Origin: Candidatus Latescibacterota bacterium | GTDB taxonomy: Bacteria > Latescibacterota > UBA2968 > UBA8231 | Direction of reading: 5' to 3' | Assembly (NCBI GenBank): GCA_965223905.1 | Contig: CBDCXV010000010.1 | Location: 1,792,001 to 1,856,000, forward strand | DNA length: 64,000 bases | Shown here: in pieces, positions 10,815-22,800 of the stretch | Layout of the letters: each line of letters starts with the position of its first letter | Numbering within the stretch: the stretch's first letter is position 1 | Notes under the pieces: generated by a model | Told to the model about the DNA's origin: nothing | The model's input: only the letters and a program-made list of their open reading frames with translations | The model's database searches: none | Translations under genes and position numbers: made by a program

Positions 10815-10922
10815 CCCGGGAGACGGATGGCCCATCCCGACTGGAACCGGGTTGACCGACTGCCGAAAGCAGGTCATTTTTAACTCTGATGAAGCGGTCC
10901 AAATACCTGTTGTCGATGCCGG

Positions 10923-10954
10923 AAAGTGCACTCTCGAGTGCACTTTTCTTTTTT
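10923..10954 (+). terminator. Hairpin + T run (putative terminator)
   Basis: AAAGTGCACT-ctcg-AGTGCACTTT then TCTTTTTT. Confidence 0.6.
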
Positions 10955-11024
10955 GCGGCGAACTACGCGACGGTTCGCGGCGGGGTTTCGACCTGTGAGG
11001 GGTGATGGAGAGACAGGCTCGAAC

Positions 11025-11735
11025 ATGAAAGAAGATCTGCTGCGGCTGTTGAGGATCCAGGATGTCGACGAGGCGTTGCGAACGCTAGAGGACGCCAAGA
11101 GCAAGTACCCCGAGGAGATCACGCGGCGGAAAAGCGACATCGAGGCAGCCCGCCAGGGTTTGGAGGAGAAAAGCGCGCGGGTCGCCGAGCTCGAATCGCA
11201 GCAGCGCCACTACGAGCGCGAACTCGAGGTGGCCAGGGATCAGCTCAAGAAGCAGGAAGGGCGGTTCTCCGAAGTCACCAACAACAGGGAGTACGATGCC
11301 CTGCAGATGGAGATCGAAGCCTGCAAAACCAGGATCTCCGAATGCGAAACGCAGATCCTGCTGGCGATCGAGGAGTCCGAATTCCTTCGCGAGCAGATCG
11401 GCCTCGAGGAGAAAGCCGTCGAACAGATCGTCGGCGAGCAGCAGGCGAGGATCGACGAGCTCCAGGAAAAGCTCGACTCTCTGCAGGGCGAGGTCGACGG
11501 CGTCTACTCCCGCCGGGAACAGGAGACACGCGGCATCGACCAGAGTCTGTTGCAGAGCTACGAGCGCAGTCGCAATGCCCGTGGAGCGCGCGTGACCGCA
11601 GTGCGAAGGGAATCGTGCGGCGCCTGCTTTCGCCTGTTGCCCCCCCAGCAGAGGAGTAACGTCCGGCGAAACGAGCGCGTCCTGCATTGCGAGAACTGCG
11701 GCGCGATTCTCGTCTGGGACGACCACAGCTCGTAA
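11025..11735 (+). CDS. Coiled-coil protein with C4-type zinc ribbon (DUF164/CT398-like)
   Basis: Long coiled coil, NNREYDALQMEI, C-terminal CGAC...CENCGAIL. Confidence 0.92.
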   Translation: MKEDLLRLLRIQDVDEALRTLEDAKSKYPEEITRRKSDIEAARQGLEEKSARVAELESQQRHYERELEVARDQLKKQEGRFSEVTNNREYDALQMEIEACKTRISECETQILLAIEESEFLREQIGLEEKAVEQIVGEQQARIDELQEKLDSLQGEVDGVYSRREQETRGIDQSLLQSYERSRNARGARVTAVRRESCGACFRLLPPQQRSNVRRNERVLHCENCGAILVWDDHSS

Positions 11736-11831
11736 CCCGGATTGCCGGCAGCGTTGGCGCTGCCGACCGAGCCTCCGCATCACCCCGACCCCGGCTCGGG
11801 TTTTGCACCATCGGGTGGTGCTTCCCAACTC

Positions 11832-12212
11832 GGCGGAGCGGCTCGGGCGATCGCGCCGCCCACCGTCCGTGATCGTGGTGGGTGAGTGAGGAAAGTCCGA
11901 GCTCCAAAGGACAGGATGCTGGGTAACTCCCAGGGAGGGCGACCTCACAGATAGTGCCACAGAAAAGACACCGCCCGCGCCGTTCCGGCGGGTAAGGGTG
12001 AAATGGTGAGGTAAGAGCTCACCGCGTTTCCGGCGACGGAAACGGCACGGCAAACCTCTTCCGGAGCAAGGCCGAATAGGGGAGGAGAGGTGGTCCGCCT
12101 CGTTCGACTCCCGGGTAGGCCGCAAGGAGGTTGCGGGTAACCGCCGCCCAAGATGAATGATCGCCCCGCGCCTAAGGCGCGGACAGAACTCGGCTTACAG
12201 AGCCGCTCCGCC
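11832..12212 (+). ncRNA. rnpB: RNase P RNA, class A
   Basis: GAGGAAAGTCCGAGCTCC, AGTGCCACAGAAA, GGGTGAAATGGTGAGGTAAGAGC, GAGCAAG, ACAGAACTCGGCTTA; P1 pairing GGCGGAGCGGCTC/GAGCCGCTCCGCC. Confidence 0.97.
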
Positions 12213-12254
12213 CTGCTTTTCCGTTACATGATCCCGTCATCCGGCAAGATATCC

Positions 12255-13400
12255 ATGCCGCCGGCGCCTTTGCGCAGCGGTCCGTGGCTCATGGTGCTCG
12301 CGCTCCTGGCGTCCGCCTCGAAGACAGGGGCCCAGGAGTTCGTCGAAACCGTGTCGGCGAGGTCGGAGGAGAGGATGATCGAGGGCAGCCTCGACTGGGC
12401 CAACGGCATCCTGACCGTTTTCGGCGAGGCGGCAGCTCCGGCCGATATCACCAACGCCGCGCAGCGCCGCCTGGCAGGCTTTACCGCTGCCAAGGAGACC
12501 GCCTACCGCAACCTCGCCGGGATCGCCGGGGAGGTCTCCATCGATTCCCGGACCAAGGTGCGCATGGCCGCGCTTGCCGACGCGGATCTGAGCATGAAGC
12601 TGGAGGCGCTGATAAAGGCTTCCCGCGTCGATCTCGACAGCCGCCAGGAGCAGGACGGCCTCTACCGTCTGGCCCTGAAGCTCCACCTTCGCGGGCGGTT
12701 TTCCGACGCCGTCCTGCCCGATCCCGGCCTGGCGCTGCCGCACCCGGGGGAGCTTCCCGAGGCGGATTCCCTCTTCCTGTTCGCGCCCCCGGAGGACTGC
12801 ACCGGGCTCGTGGTCGACGCCAGGGGAACCGGCCTGAAGCCATGCCTGGCTCCCCGGATAATCGACGCTTCCGGGCGCGTCATCTACAGTGCCGGACACG
12901 CCGGCAGGAACTGCGCCGTATACGACGGCGTCGCCGGCTACGAAAGCGATCTCCAGCGCGCCGCGACGAGCCCTCGCGTCGGCGGGGCCAGGGGCCGCCC
13001 GTTCGTCCTCGAGGCGGAGGGGGTCTCGGGGCCGTTCAGCGGGGACGTCCTGGTCAGCCACGACAACGGCACCCGCGTCCTGATGGCCGACGTCGAAGCC
13101 GGCTTTCTGTCCCGGTGCGGCGTGGTCTTCGTTCTGGGTCCGAAGCCCGAACCCCTGCCGTTCGTCCTGGTTCCTGACACCACCCGCGTCGACACCGCGA
13201 TCACCGCGGCCACGGATTCCACAGGTTTGGATTCGGCCTTCACGGACTCGGCCCTGCCGGATTCGGCCGCAGATCCGTACGACCTCCAACTTTACCGGCT
13301 GCTTGGCACGGGACCTCCCCTGCCACCGCTTGCGGACACCCTGGGATACGATGGATTCGACGAAATTTTCCGAGAAGCTGGCCGCAGCGACGGCGAGTAA
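12255..13400 (+). CDS. Exported protein, LPP20-like family; start uncertain
   Basis: Signal peptide; AQRRLAGFTAAKETAYRNL..V.IDS.T.V and TGLVVDARG.G..P.L.P.I.D..G patterns. Confidence 0.55.
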   Translation: MPPAPLRSGPWLMVLALLASASKTGAQEFVETVSARSEERMIEGSLDWANGILTVFGEAAAPADITNAAQRRLAGFTAAKETAYRNLAGIAGEVSIDSRTKVRMAALADADLSMKLEALIKASRVDLDSRQEQDGLYRLALKLHLRGRFSDAVLPDPGLALPHPGELPEADSLFLFAPPEDCTGLVVDARGTGLKPCLAPRIIDASGRVIYSAGHAGRNCAVYDGVAGYESDLQRAATSPRVGGARGRPFVLEAEGVSGPFSGDVLVSHDNGTRVLMADVEAGFLSRCGVVFVLGPKPEPLPFVLVPDTTRVDTAITAATDSTGLDSAFTDSALPDSAADPYDLQLYRLLGTGPPLPPLADTLGYDGFDEIFREAGRSDGE

Positions 13401-14187
13401 CGACTCGCTGGTCTGCGTCGGTCTGGACCCCGTTCCTTCGCGGCTTCCTGAGAGCCTCCGCGACGGGCCGGATCCGGTCCTCGCCTTCAATCGCCGGATC
13501 ATCGATTGCACCAGCGATCTCGTCTGCGCGTACAAGCCGAATCTCGCCTTCTACGGCGCTCTCGGGCTGGCCGGCTGGGAGGCGCTCAAGGCGACAATCG
13601 ACCATGTCCCCGATGGCATCCCGGTTGTCGCGGACGCCAAGGCGGGGGACATCGGCTCGAGCGCGGAGAGATATGCCGTCATGCTCTTCGAGGAGTTCGG
13701 GGCCGACGCCGTCACCGCCAACCCCTACATGGGCCGCGATGCCATGGAGCCGTTCCTCGCCTACCGCGACAAAGGGACGTTTCTGCTGTGCCTGACCTCC
13801 AACCCCGGGGCCTCCGACATCATGAAGCAGCTGCTGCCCGGGGGCAGGATGGTTTTCGAGGAGGTCGCCTCCAAGGCGGCCCAGTGGAACGAGTTTGGCA
13901 ACTGCGGCCTTGTAGTGGGAGCCACCCAGGCTGGAGCGATGCAGACGATAAGGGCGCTGGCCCCCGAACTCCCGATCCTGGTGCCGGGGGTCGGCGCCCA
14001 GGGTGGCGACGTCGAGACGGCCGTTCGTTCCGGGGCGCGCCCCGACGGAACAGGCCTCCTCGTCAACTCCTCGCGTTCCATCCTGTACGCATCGGCAGGT
14101 GAGGATTTCGCATCGGCTGCCCGCGGCGCCGCCGCTGCCCTGAGGGCGGAGATCAACCAGTACCGGCCGCGTCCGGTCGGTGCCTGA
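13351..14187 (+). CDS. pyrF: Orotidine-5'-phosphate decarboxylase
   Basis: VCVGLDP, AYKPNLAFY, DAKAGDIGSS, NPYMG, LTSNPG, GLVVGAT, LVPGVGAQGG, VNSSRSILYA. Confidence 0.96.
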   Translation: MDSTKFSEKLAAATASNDSLVCVGLDPVPSRLPESLRDGPDPVLAFNRRIIDCTSDLVCAYKPNLAFYGALGLAGWEALKATIDHVPDGIPVVADAKAGDIGSSAERYAVMLFEEFGADAVTANPYMGRDAMEPFLAYRDKGTFLLCLTSNPGASDIMKQLLPGGRMVFEEVASKAAQWNEFGNCGLVVGATQAGAMQTIRALAPELPILVPGVGAQGGDVETAVRSGARPDGTGLLVNSSRSILYASAGEDFASAARGAAAALRAEINQYRPRPVGA

Positions 14188-14322
14188 TCCGGCGATCGCC
14201 GACATTTCCGGAAAAACGCTTGCCGGGATTTGGCGCGATCCCTGGGGCACGGGGTATGACGTCGAACAGGACTTCCCCGTGATTCCCGGATTCGGCCCCG
14301 CGGTTTATCTTCCTTCTGCCGT

Positions 14323-14400
14323 CGGGGTGTAGCGCAGTCCGGTTAGCGCACCTGCTTTGGGAGCAGGGGGTCGTCGGTTCGAATCCGACCACCCCGACCA
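14323..14400 (+). tRNA. tRNA-Pro(TGG)
   Basis: CGGGGTG...CACCCCG-A-CCA; anticodon arm CCTGC-TTTGGGA-GCAGG. Confidence 0.96.
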
Positions 14401-14404
14401 TTAC

Positions 14405-14439
14405 AAACCTCTGCATCGACTGCGGAGGTTTTCTTGTTT
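14405..14439 (+). terminator. Intrinsic terminator after tRNA-Pro
   Basis: AAACCTCTGCA-tcgac-TGCGGAGGTTT then TCTTGTTT. Confidence 0.65.
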
Positions 14440-14470
14440 CAGCCCACCGGCCCCACCGGGAGGGAGTACC

Positions 14471-15736
14471 ATGAGAGTAACCGACATCGAATCGCACGAG
14501 ATCACCCTGGAATACGTCGACTGGATTTCCTGGGAGCTCACCCACTACCAGGGAATCGGCAGACGGACCGTCTACGTCGCCCACACCGACAGCGGGGAAA
14601 TCGGCCTCGGCGAGGGCCGCAAGGAGCCTCAGGAGGTGATCGCCCAGTACATCGGCAGCAACCCGTTCGACTGGCTCGGGGACGAAACCTCCCTGCCGAT
14701 CGGCACCGCGATGTACGACCTCATGGGAAAGGCGGCAGGCGTGCCGGTCTACAAGCTGTTCGGGCAGAAACACCGATCCTGGGTACCGGTGGGGAGCTGG
14801 ACGGTGTCGACGCACCCGGAGCGAATGGCGGAGGCGGTGCGGCGCTACTCCCGGCAGGGTTACACCTGGCTGAAGTTCCACCTCTCCCCGTTCGAGAACG
14901 TGTTCGACCAGACCGAGGCGATGATGGAGGTGGCGCCGAGGGGTTTCCGCATCCATTTCGACTTCACGGGAGGCGGCACCATAGACCACCTGCCCGACCT
15001 GCTGGAGCGGCTTTCCCGCTACCCGATCGCCGGCTGCTTCGAGGACTCCATCGACCCGGGGGACACCCCGGCCTCGGTCGATCTGAGAAAGCGGATCCGC
15101 CTGCCGATCGTCCGCCACCAGGCACCCCTCAACTGCACGTACGAAGTGCTCGCCGGCGCCGGGGACGTCTACATGCGGGGGCACCAGAAGATCGGGGACA
15201 CCATCCGCGCCGCGGGACTGTTTGCAGCGGGCAGCATACCGTTCATGCTGCAGAACGTCGGCGGCACCATCACGCGCGCGATCACCGCCCACATGACCGC
15301 GGCGTTTCCCACTGCGACCTTCCACTTCTTCAACGACACCGAGACCTGGAAGTCCGACGTCGTGCGCGAGCGGCTCGAGCCGGTTAACGGCTTCGTCCGC
15401 GTCCCGGAAAAGCCGGGGCTGGGGCTGAGTCTCGACCGCGGCGAACTCGAGCGGCTCGCGCGGCTCGAAGCGCCCGACCTCGTGCCCTGGATCGTCAGGT
15501 CGAGGTTCGACAACGGCACCCGGATGTACAACGTCGCCGATGGCAAAGGGCATTTCATGGTGCGCCCCGACGGGACGCGCGGCGGCATCCCGATGAGCTA
15601 CGACGCCCCCATATCCACCGAGTACTGGGACGACGACGGCACCGAGGAGTTCAGACGGATGTACGGCCGCATCGAACGGGAGGGGATGGTGATCGAGGGC
15701 CCCGAGGCGGGCCCGGACATCCTCGATTTGCCATAA
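14471..15736 (+). CDS. Mandelate racemase/muconate lactonizing enzyme (enolase superfamily) protein
   Basis: MRVTDIE, HTDSGEIGLGE, AMYDLMGKAAGVPVYKLFG, GYTWLKFH, GFVRVPEKPGLG; GGAGGGAG RBS. Confidence 0.9.
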   Translation: MRVTDIESHEITLEYVDWISWELTHYQGIGRRTVYVAHTDSGEIGLGEGRKEPQEVIAQYIGSNPFDWLGDETSLPIGTAMYDLMGKAAGVPVYKLFGQKHRSWVPVGSWTVSTHPERMAEAVRRYSRQGYTWLKFHLSPFENVFDQTEAMMEVAPRGFRIHFDFTGGGTIDHLPDLLERLSRYPIAGCFEDSIDPGDTPASVDLRKRIRLPIVRHQAPLNCTYEVLAGAGDVYMRGHQKIGDTIRAAGLFAAGSIPFMLQNVGGTITRAITAHMTAAFPTATFHFFNDTETWKSDVVRERLEPVNGFVRVPEKPGLGLSLDRGELERLARLEAPDLVPWIVRSRFDNGTRMYNVADGKGHFMVRPDGTRGGIPMSYDAPISTEYWDDDGTEEFRRMYGRIEREGMVIEGPEAGPDILDLP

Positions 15737-15818
15737 TGGCGGCTCTGCCGTTATTTACTACCGACGCTCGACCTCGGCGTGTAACTTCAGGCCAGGCGGT
15801 GCTTTAGGAACTTTTCCG

Positions 15819-15892
15819 GTGCCCATAGCTCAGCTGGATAGAGCGTCTGCCTTCTAAGCAGAATGTCGCAGGTTCGAGTCCTGCTGGGCACG
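15819..15892 (+). tRNA. tRNA-Arg(TCT), CCA not encoded
   Basis: GTGCCCA...TGGGCAC-G; anticodon arm TCTGC-CTTCTAA-GCAGA; followed by CCG. Confidence 0.94.
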
Positions 15893-15950
15893 CCGACAAT
15901 CTCTTTCACGGAACGAGCGGCCCGGTGGTCCGCACCGGCAGCCGCTTCAT

Positions 15951-16028
15951 GGTGGGTGTAGCTCAGACGGTTAGAGCGCCAGGTTGTGGCCCTGGAGGCC
16001 GCGGGTTCGATTCCCGTCACTCACCCCA
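15951..16028 (+). tRNA. tRNA-His(GTG)
   Basis: G-1 then GTGGGTG...CACTCAC-C-CCA; anticodon arm CCAGG-TTGTGGC-CCTGG. Confidence 0.96.
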
Positions 16029-16037
16029 TTCGATGAC

Positions 16038-16078
16038 ATGGCCTTCCATGGGTGTTTCCATGGGAGGCCATCTTCTTG
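16038..16078 (+). terminator. Hairpin after tRNA-His
   Basis: ATGGCCTTCCATGG-gtgttt-CCATGGGAGGCCAT then CTTCTT. Confidence 0.55.
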
Positions 16079-16107
16079 TCGCCCCCTCGCCGGCAAATCC
16101 GGGAAGC

Positions 16108-16635
16108 ATGTGCGAAGCGCGAAAATACCGGCCGCTGAGCGGCGAAGCCGACGGGGGACCCCGGTCTCCGTCGAACCTGGTCTCCCGGCCGCGATTGCTC
16201 GAAATCAGGCGCCAGCTGCGCGCCGCCGGAAAAAAGGTGGTCTTCACCAACGGCTGCTTCGACCTGCTGCACCGGGGCCACGTCGAATACCTGCGCGAGG
16301 CGCGCACTCTCGGCGACGTCCTGATGGTCGGCCTCAACAGCGACAGCAGCGCCGCCGCCCTTAAAGGGCCCGGACGCCCCCTCATGCCCCAGCAGGACCG
16401 CGCCGCCCTGCTGTGCGAGCTGAGATCGGTCTCCTACGTCTGCATCTTCGACGAGCCGAGCGTCGCCGCGCTCGTCGCCGAGCTCCTGCCGGACGTGCTC
16501 GTCAAAGGGGGCGACTATTCCCTCGCAGAGGTCGTAGGCCGCGAGGTCGTCGAGGAAGCGGGCGGCACCGTCCGCACCCTGTCCCTTTGGACCGGCGCCT
16601 CCTCGTCGGATCTGGCGCGGCGTCTGAAGCTGTAA
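16108..16635 (+). CDS. rfaE2: D-glycero-beta-D-manno-heptose 1-phosphate adenylyltransferase
   Basis: VVFTNGCFDLLHRGHVEYL, VGLNSDSS, KGPGRP, PDVLVKGGDY. Confidence 0.93.
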   Translation: MCEARKYRPLSGEADGGPRSPSNLVSRPRLLEIRRQLRAAGKKVVFTNGCFDLLHRGHVEYLREARTLGDVLMVGLNSDSSAAALKGPGRPLMPQQDRAALLCELRSVSYVCIFDEPSVAALVAELLPDVLVKGGDYSLAEVVGREVVEEAGGTVRTLSLWTGASSSDLARRLKL

Positions 16636-16819
16636 GGGGCTCGACTGGCCGGGCGGACCGGACTCGCTCCAGTTCCTGCGCGCAGCCCCCCGCCTCCTTC
16701 CCCTGCCGACCGCCGGCAGGCATCCCACCGGAACGGACGCACAAAATCTGCTGAGCGGAGGTCGGCGGGGGCATGTTATCTTTGGCAAGTGGGTCCGGAG
16801 AAGCATCCCGCTTCCGTCC

Positions 16820-19800
16820 TTGATGAAATCATCCTTCCCTGAAAACTGGCTCGCATTCCTGGTGCACCGCGGCGCGGCGCGCGCCTTGCCGGCCGCCCTG
16901 TTGTGGTCCGCTCTGTCCGCCCCCCCGGCATGGACGCAGAAGCTGCAGGATTCCCAGCTCGAGCTGCCGGGGGTGTGGGCCGGCAAGGCCGCCTGGGGAG
17001 ACTACGACGGCGACGGCGACCCGGATCTCCTCCTCGTCGGCGAAACCGAGTCCGGCGGGCAGTGCCTGAGGATCGCCCGGGTACTTCGCAACGACGCCGG
17101 GCTCCTCGCAGAGGACGTCGCCCAGTCACAGCGGCTTGTCGGGGTCTATTTCGGAGACGCCGGGTGGGCGGACTACGATGGGGACGGCGATCTCGATGCC
17201 GCCGTCGCCGGCTGGGATGCGGACGACCTCGGCAGTCTGCGGCTCTACACCAATGACGCCGGGCCGGAGGAAGGGGAGCGTCTGCTGACCCCGGACATGA
17301 CCCAGGTGGACGACGCAGGGAACCCGAATTTCCGGGGTGTCCGCTACGCCGATCTCTCCTGGACCGACTTCGACCGCGACGGCGACCTCGACCTCACCGT
17401 CACCGGGCTGGAAGGCAACGGCACCTCCCTCACCCACCTGTACCGGAACCGCGACGGCCTGCTGATCCTCGACGAGGCCAACAGCGAGGCCCTCGTCAAC
17501 GTGCACAACGGCGACCTCGCCTGGGCGGACTACGACAACGACGGCGACCTCGACCTCGCCCTGTCCGGGGAGAACGTCATCTCCGACAACGTCACCCGCA
17601 TCACCGAGTTCTACAGGAACGATCCCGTCGGCGACCTCGAGCTCGACGTCAGCGTTGCGGCGGCGCCCCGGGTCAAGGGAGGATCGCTGGCCTGGGCGGA
17701 CTACGACAACGACGGGAACCTCGATCTGGCGCTTTCCGGCCGCGGCGATTCGTGGGCGGTGAAGCTGCTGCTATACCGCAACCGGCCGGCGGGCACCCTC
17801 GGGCTCGACGACGGGTTTTCCCTCAATCCTTTCCAGACCGTCGACGGGCAGCTCGCCTGGGTCGACTACGACAACGACGGCGACCAGGACCTCGCCGTGT
17901 CGGGCCGCACCCTGCTGTCCGACCACCGCACCCAGGTGTTCGACAACGACGGCGGAACGGTGACTTCCGGGGCGGTCGAGAACCTCGAGGGCCTCGCCGG
18001 GGGCACCGCGGTATGGGGCGACTACGACGGCGACGGCCGCGTCGACCTGCTGCTGAGCGGGGTCGATCAGTCGGGCGAGCGGCGCACCGTTCTCTACGGC
18101 AACCGGGGCGTCGCCACCCCCAACCGCGATCCATCCGCTCCCGCGACGCTCAACCCGGTGCAGGTTACCAGCACCCGCGCCCTGTTCAGCTGGCCGGCGG
18201 GGGAGGACGTCGAGTCGCAGGCACTCTCCTACAACCTCCGCATCGGCACCCGGCCGGGAGGCGGCGACGTGCTCTCCGGCAGCCTGCCGCCGGGGCCGGG
18301 CAACGCCGGGCTGAGGACCAGCTACGTCCTCGAGCGCTCGCTGCCCCCGAACCGCTATTACTGGTCCGTGCAGGCGGTCGACGGAGGTTTCGCGCGCTCG
18401 CCCTTCTCCACCGAGGGCAGCTTTGTCGTCGAGGATCTCGTCTCCTCGGACCAGAGTCTGCGCAATCTCGAGGAAGCGTCGATGTCCTGGGGCGACATCG
18501 ACGACGACGGGGACGCCGACCTCGCAGTCATGGGGAGAAACCGCAGCGGCGAAGCCCGCACCTTGGTCTACGTCAACGAAGCCGGCGAGCTGCGGCCGAA
18601 CCTCGGGGCGGGAATCACTCCGCTGCGCAACGGCGACCTGGCCTGGGGGGATTACGACAACGACGGCGACCTCGATCTCGTCGTCACCGGCCAGGACGGC
18701 TTCGGGACCCCCCACAGCGAGCTGTTCGCTACCGATGTACTCGGCGGGGAGGTGAGTTTCGAGCGCGCCGGCGCCTTCCCGGATCTCTCTCTCAGCTCCG
18801 CCGACTGGGGAGACGCCGACAGTGACGGCGACCTCGACCTGGTGTTGATGGGCCTGGGCAGCGACATCGACGGCGCGACCCGGTCGCACACCCAGCTGTG
18901 GCTAAACGACGGCGAAGGCGGCTTCGCCGAGGCGCAGAAAGACCTCGTCGGATTGCACGACGGCGAGGCGGCGTGGGCGGACGCCGACGGCGACGGTGAT
19001 TCCGACCTCGCGGTGACCGGAACCAGTTCCGCGGGCACCCCGGAGCTGCGGCTCTACCTCAACGACGGCTCCGGTCCGGGCATGGTCATGCTGTCCCTGA
19101 CCGGGCTCGAGTCGAGCGACCTTGCCTGGGGGGACTGGGACCGCGACGGCGACCCCGATCTGCTCGCTGCCGGGATCGGGGATGGCGGGATGGCGGCGAC
19201 GCTCTGGGAGAACGACGGCGGCAGCTTCACGGAGGCCGCGGGCGCAGGCCTGCCCGGCATTCGCGACGGCGACCTCGCCTGGGGGGACTACGACAACGAC
19301 CAAGACCTCGACGTCGTCATCGCCGGCAACGACGGGTCGCAGGCGATCCTGCAGATATGGGAGAACACCATCGACCGCACCGGCGCCGGAGGGCCGTTCG
19401 AGCAGGTCGCCCTGGAGGCGCTCCAGGGTGTTCAACTCAGCGCCGCGGCTTTCGCCGATATCGAGGAAGACGGCGACCTCGACCTGGTCTCCGCCGGCCG
19501 CGGCGCCACCGGCTCTCCCCTGAGCGCCATCAACGAGAACCTCACCGCCCGGTTCAACCCCAACTTCCCCCCGCGCAACCCATCCGGGCTCGAGGCGGAC
19601 GACGACTCCGGCGGGGTTGTCCTGAGCTGGCAGGCCTCCGGGGATGACGGCGCCCCTCCACCGGAGAGCCTGACCTACAACCTGCGGGTCGGGACCACCT
19701 CGCGGGGAAACGAGGTGATTTCCGGCCTCGGGGAGGTGGGCCCCGGAAACAACGGTCACCGGACCGAGCGCACCCTCGTCCGCCTTGAAAGCGGCACCTA

Positions 19801-22800
19801 CTTCTGGTCGATCCAGGCGGTGGACGCCGGATTCGCCCGTTCCGGGTGGAGCCCCGAGCGGCGATTCGTCATGGATGCCATGCCCCCCGTTCTCGGCGCT
19901 CACAGTACCAGCCGGCAGCTGGTGGGTCTGGATCAGACCATCACCCTGGCCCTGGAGTTTATTGACGAGCACTCCGGCATCGATGCTTCGACGGCGCCCA
20001 CCGTGCAGGCCGCGGTCGGCTCGGTTACCCTCGACTTCGAGCAGGTGCAGTTCACCGGCGGCACCTGGAGCGGCGAGCTGACTATCGCCGCGGGCGTGCC
20101 CTCCGGCACGGCGACGATCTCCGTGCGCGGAGTGCTCGACGGCAAGGGGAACGAGTTGATTCCCGTCGATCTCGCCGATGCGTTCGAGGTGGACGCGGTT
20201 GCCCCCGAGGCCGTCGCCTTCGAACCGGCCTCCGGTGCCGGGAAGGTTCCGGTTTCCACGTCCGTGCTGATGGTCCGGTTCTCCGAGCCGATCGACGAGA
20301 CGACCGTCGATGAACGGAGTTTTTCACTCCGCTCGGGCGAGTCGGCGACGACTCCGCTGGCGGCCACGTACGACCCGGAGACCCACGTCGCCGTGCTGAC
20401 CCCGGAGGGTGGCCTGCTTCCGGGTACGCTGTACACGGTCGAGGTCTCCGCTTCCGTTCGGGACCTGGCCGGCAACCGGCTCGCCGACACCATGAGCTGG
20501 AGCTTCAGCACCGCGGTGCCTCAGCTGCTGGAGACCAACCCTGCCGACGGGGCCGAGGGCGTCCATCCCGCCACGGAAAGCATCGTCGCCGTCTTCGACG
20601 GCCCGCTGACGGCCGGCGCCCTCGACGCGCCCGGAGCGGTGCAGGTCCTGCGCGAGGGGGAGCCCCTCGACCTCGCCGAAGCGCCGATGTTCGACCCCGA
20701 CGACAACTCCCTTTCCATTGCGCTCGCGGGGGGCCTTGAGCCCGGAAGCCGCTACGAGGTCATCCTCGACGGCTCCCTCGCCGGTCCGCTGCGACTGCTC
20801 GGCCAGGGAGACTTCCGCTGGAGCTTCGCCACCGCGGTTCCGCAACTGCTGGAGACCAGCCCTGCCGACGGGGCCGAGGGCGTCGATCCCGCCACGGAGC
20901 GGATCACCGCCGTCTTCGACGGCCCCCTGGCGGCCAGCGCCCTCGATGCGCCCGGAACGGTGCAGGTCCTGAGCGAAGAAGACCCGCTCGACCTCGCCGA
21001 AACGCCGTTGTTCGACGCCGAGGGCAACTCCCTCTCCTTCGCGGTCGCCGGGGGTCTCGTGCCCGCAAGCCGCTACGAAGTCATCCTCGACGGCTCCCTC
21101 GCAGGTCCGCTGCGCCTTCTCGACCAGGGAGACTTCCGCTGGAGCTTCACGACCGCGGCGCCACAGCTGCTGGAGACCCGTCCGACCGACGGGGAAACAG
21201 GCGTCGGTGTCGACCTCGCCGAGGCGACCGTGACCTTCAGCGTCTCCCTGGACCCGGACCAGATTACCCGCGACAACTTCCGGCTCCTGCGGGAAGGAGA
21301 GCCGGTGGCGCTTCGCTCCGGGGACCCGGCCGAGCGCGATCCCGGCACCTATGCGCTGGCCCCCGAGGCAGGGTGGCAGGTCGGCAGCTCCTACAGCGTC
21401 GAGATCGCCACGGACGTCACCGGGCAGCTGTCCGGTAGCGGGCCGATCTCGTGGAATTTCCAGACCGCAGTCCCGGTGGCGACGGGGCTCAATCCGGCAG
21501 CCGGCGACGACGCCGTTGCCACCGCCACCCGCGAGATAACAGCGGTATTCGACAACCCGATCGACGAAGCCGCCCTTAGCGCCGAGGGGGGGGGGCGCCT
21601 GCTTCTGGAGGGAAGCCCGGAGGCACTCGAGGAGCCTTCCTGGGACCCCGGAACGCGAACGGTGACCCTTACCCCTGCGACGGGCCTCAGGGCGGGTTCG
21701 GCCTACACGGTAATCCTGTCCGCGGCGATCGCCGGGCCGCGGGCGGGCGCGGAGACGCGGTGGAGCTTCAGCACGGTCGTCCCTTCCGTGGCCTCGACCG
21801 ATCCCGCGGACGGCGCTTCGATCGCCGCGGGGAGGCGCCGCGTCGAGGTCCTGTTCACCGCCCCGATCGACGCCGGCCTGGTGATGAATTCGCGCAACTT
21901 CCGACTCGGCAGGTCGGGGCAGCCGCTGCAGCTCGACGACGGCGACTTCCTCTACGACGAGGCCGCCAACAAGGTCAACCTGCCGGAGGTCGATTTCCTT
22001 TCCGGCAGCTCCTACGAGGCCGCGGTCCTGCCCCGGGTGCGGGGGCCGCGCGGGGCCGATGCCGGGCCGTTCACCTGGAGCTTCAACACCGACCTGCCCG
22101 CGGTGGTGGCGACGTCCCCGCAGGCCGATGCCGAAGGGGTGTCGATCACCACCGAGGAGATCCGCATCGAGTTCTCGCTTCCCGTCGCGGTGCGGGACGG
22201 ACGCGGGTTCACCCTGCTGGCGCGGCAGCTCGAAGAGGTGCCTGGGGGCGAAGAGGCGGGGTTCGAGGTGACGGCTATCACCGGCTTCGCCATCGACTCC
22301 GGTTTCAAGGTGGTCAGCTTCGCGCCCCGGGGAGGGCTACGGCCGTTCACGGAATACCGGGTCAGCGTCGGCCCCGAAGTTTTCGGCGAGCTCGCCGACC
22401 GCGGCTTCGAGTTCGCGTTTCGCACCGCCCCGCGGCTGACCGAGACGGCCAGCGGCGGCCTGCTCGCGACCGCGGACCGCAGGCTCGAGCTCTACCTGCC
22501 CCCCAATGCCCTCGCCGGCGGCAGCGGTGAGATCGCCATCCGGCGGCTGGCGGACGCCGGCGCCGAGGACGCCCGTTCCCGGGACCTCACCCCTGTCGGG
22601 CAGGCCTTCGAAATCGACGCCGGCGACGGGGTTCTGCGCAAACCGGGGACCCTGACCCTGCGCTACGAAGCCGGCGATGTCGAGGGACGCGACACCTCGC
22701 GCCTGGCGATTTTCCGCCTCGTCGACGGCGAATGGACGCGGGTCGGCGGCACTTCCGTCCCCGCCGAGCGGGAAGTGCGGACCTCGGTCGAGGACTTCGG

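Noticed and set aside
10885-10926. CTGATGA...GAAA as a hammerhead ribozyme
   Set aside because: Stem II closing pair and stems I/III could not be built
11085-12151. Minus-strand ORFs across rnpB
   Set aside because: Antisense to RNase P RNA and the Zn-ribbon gene
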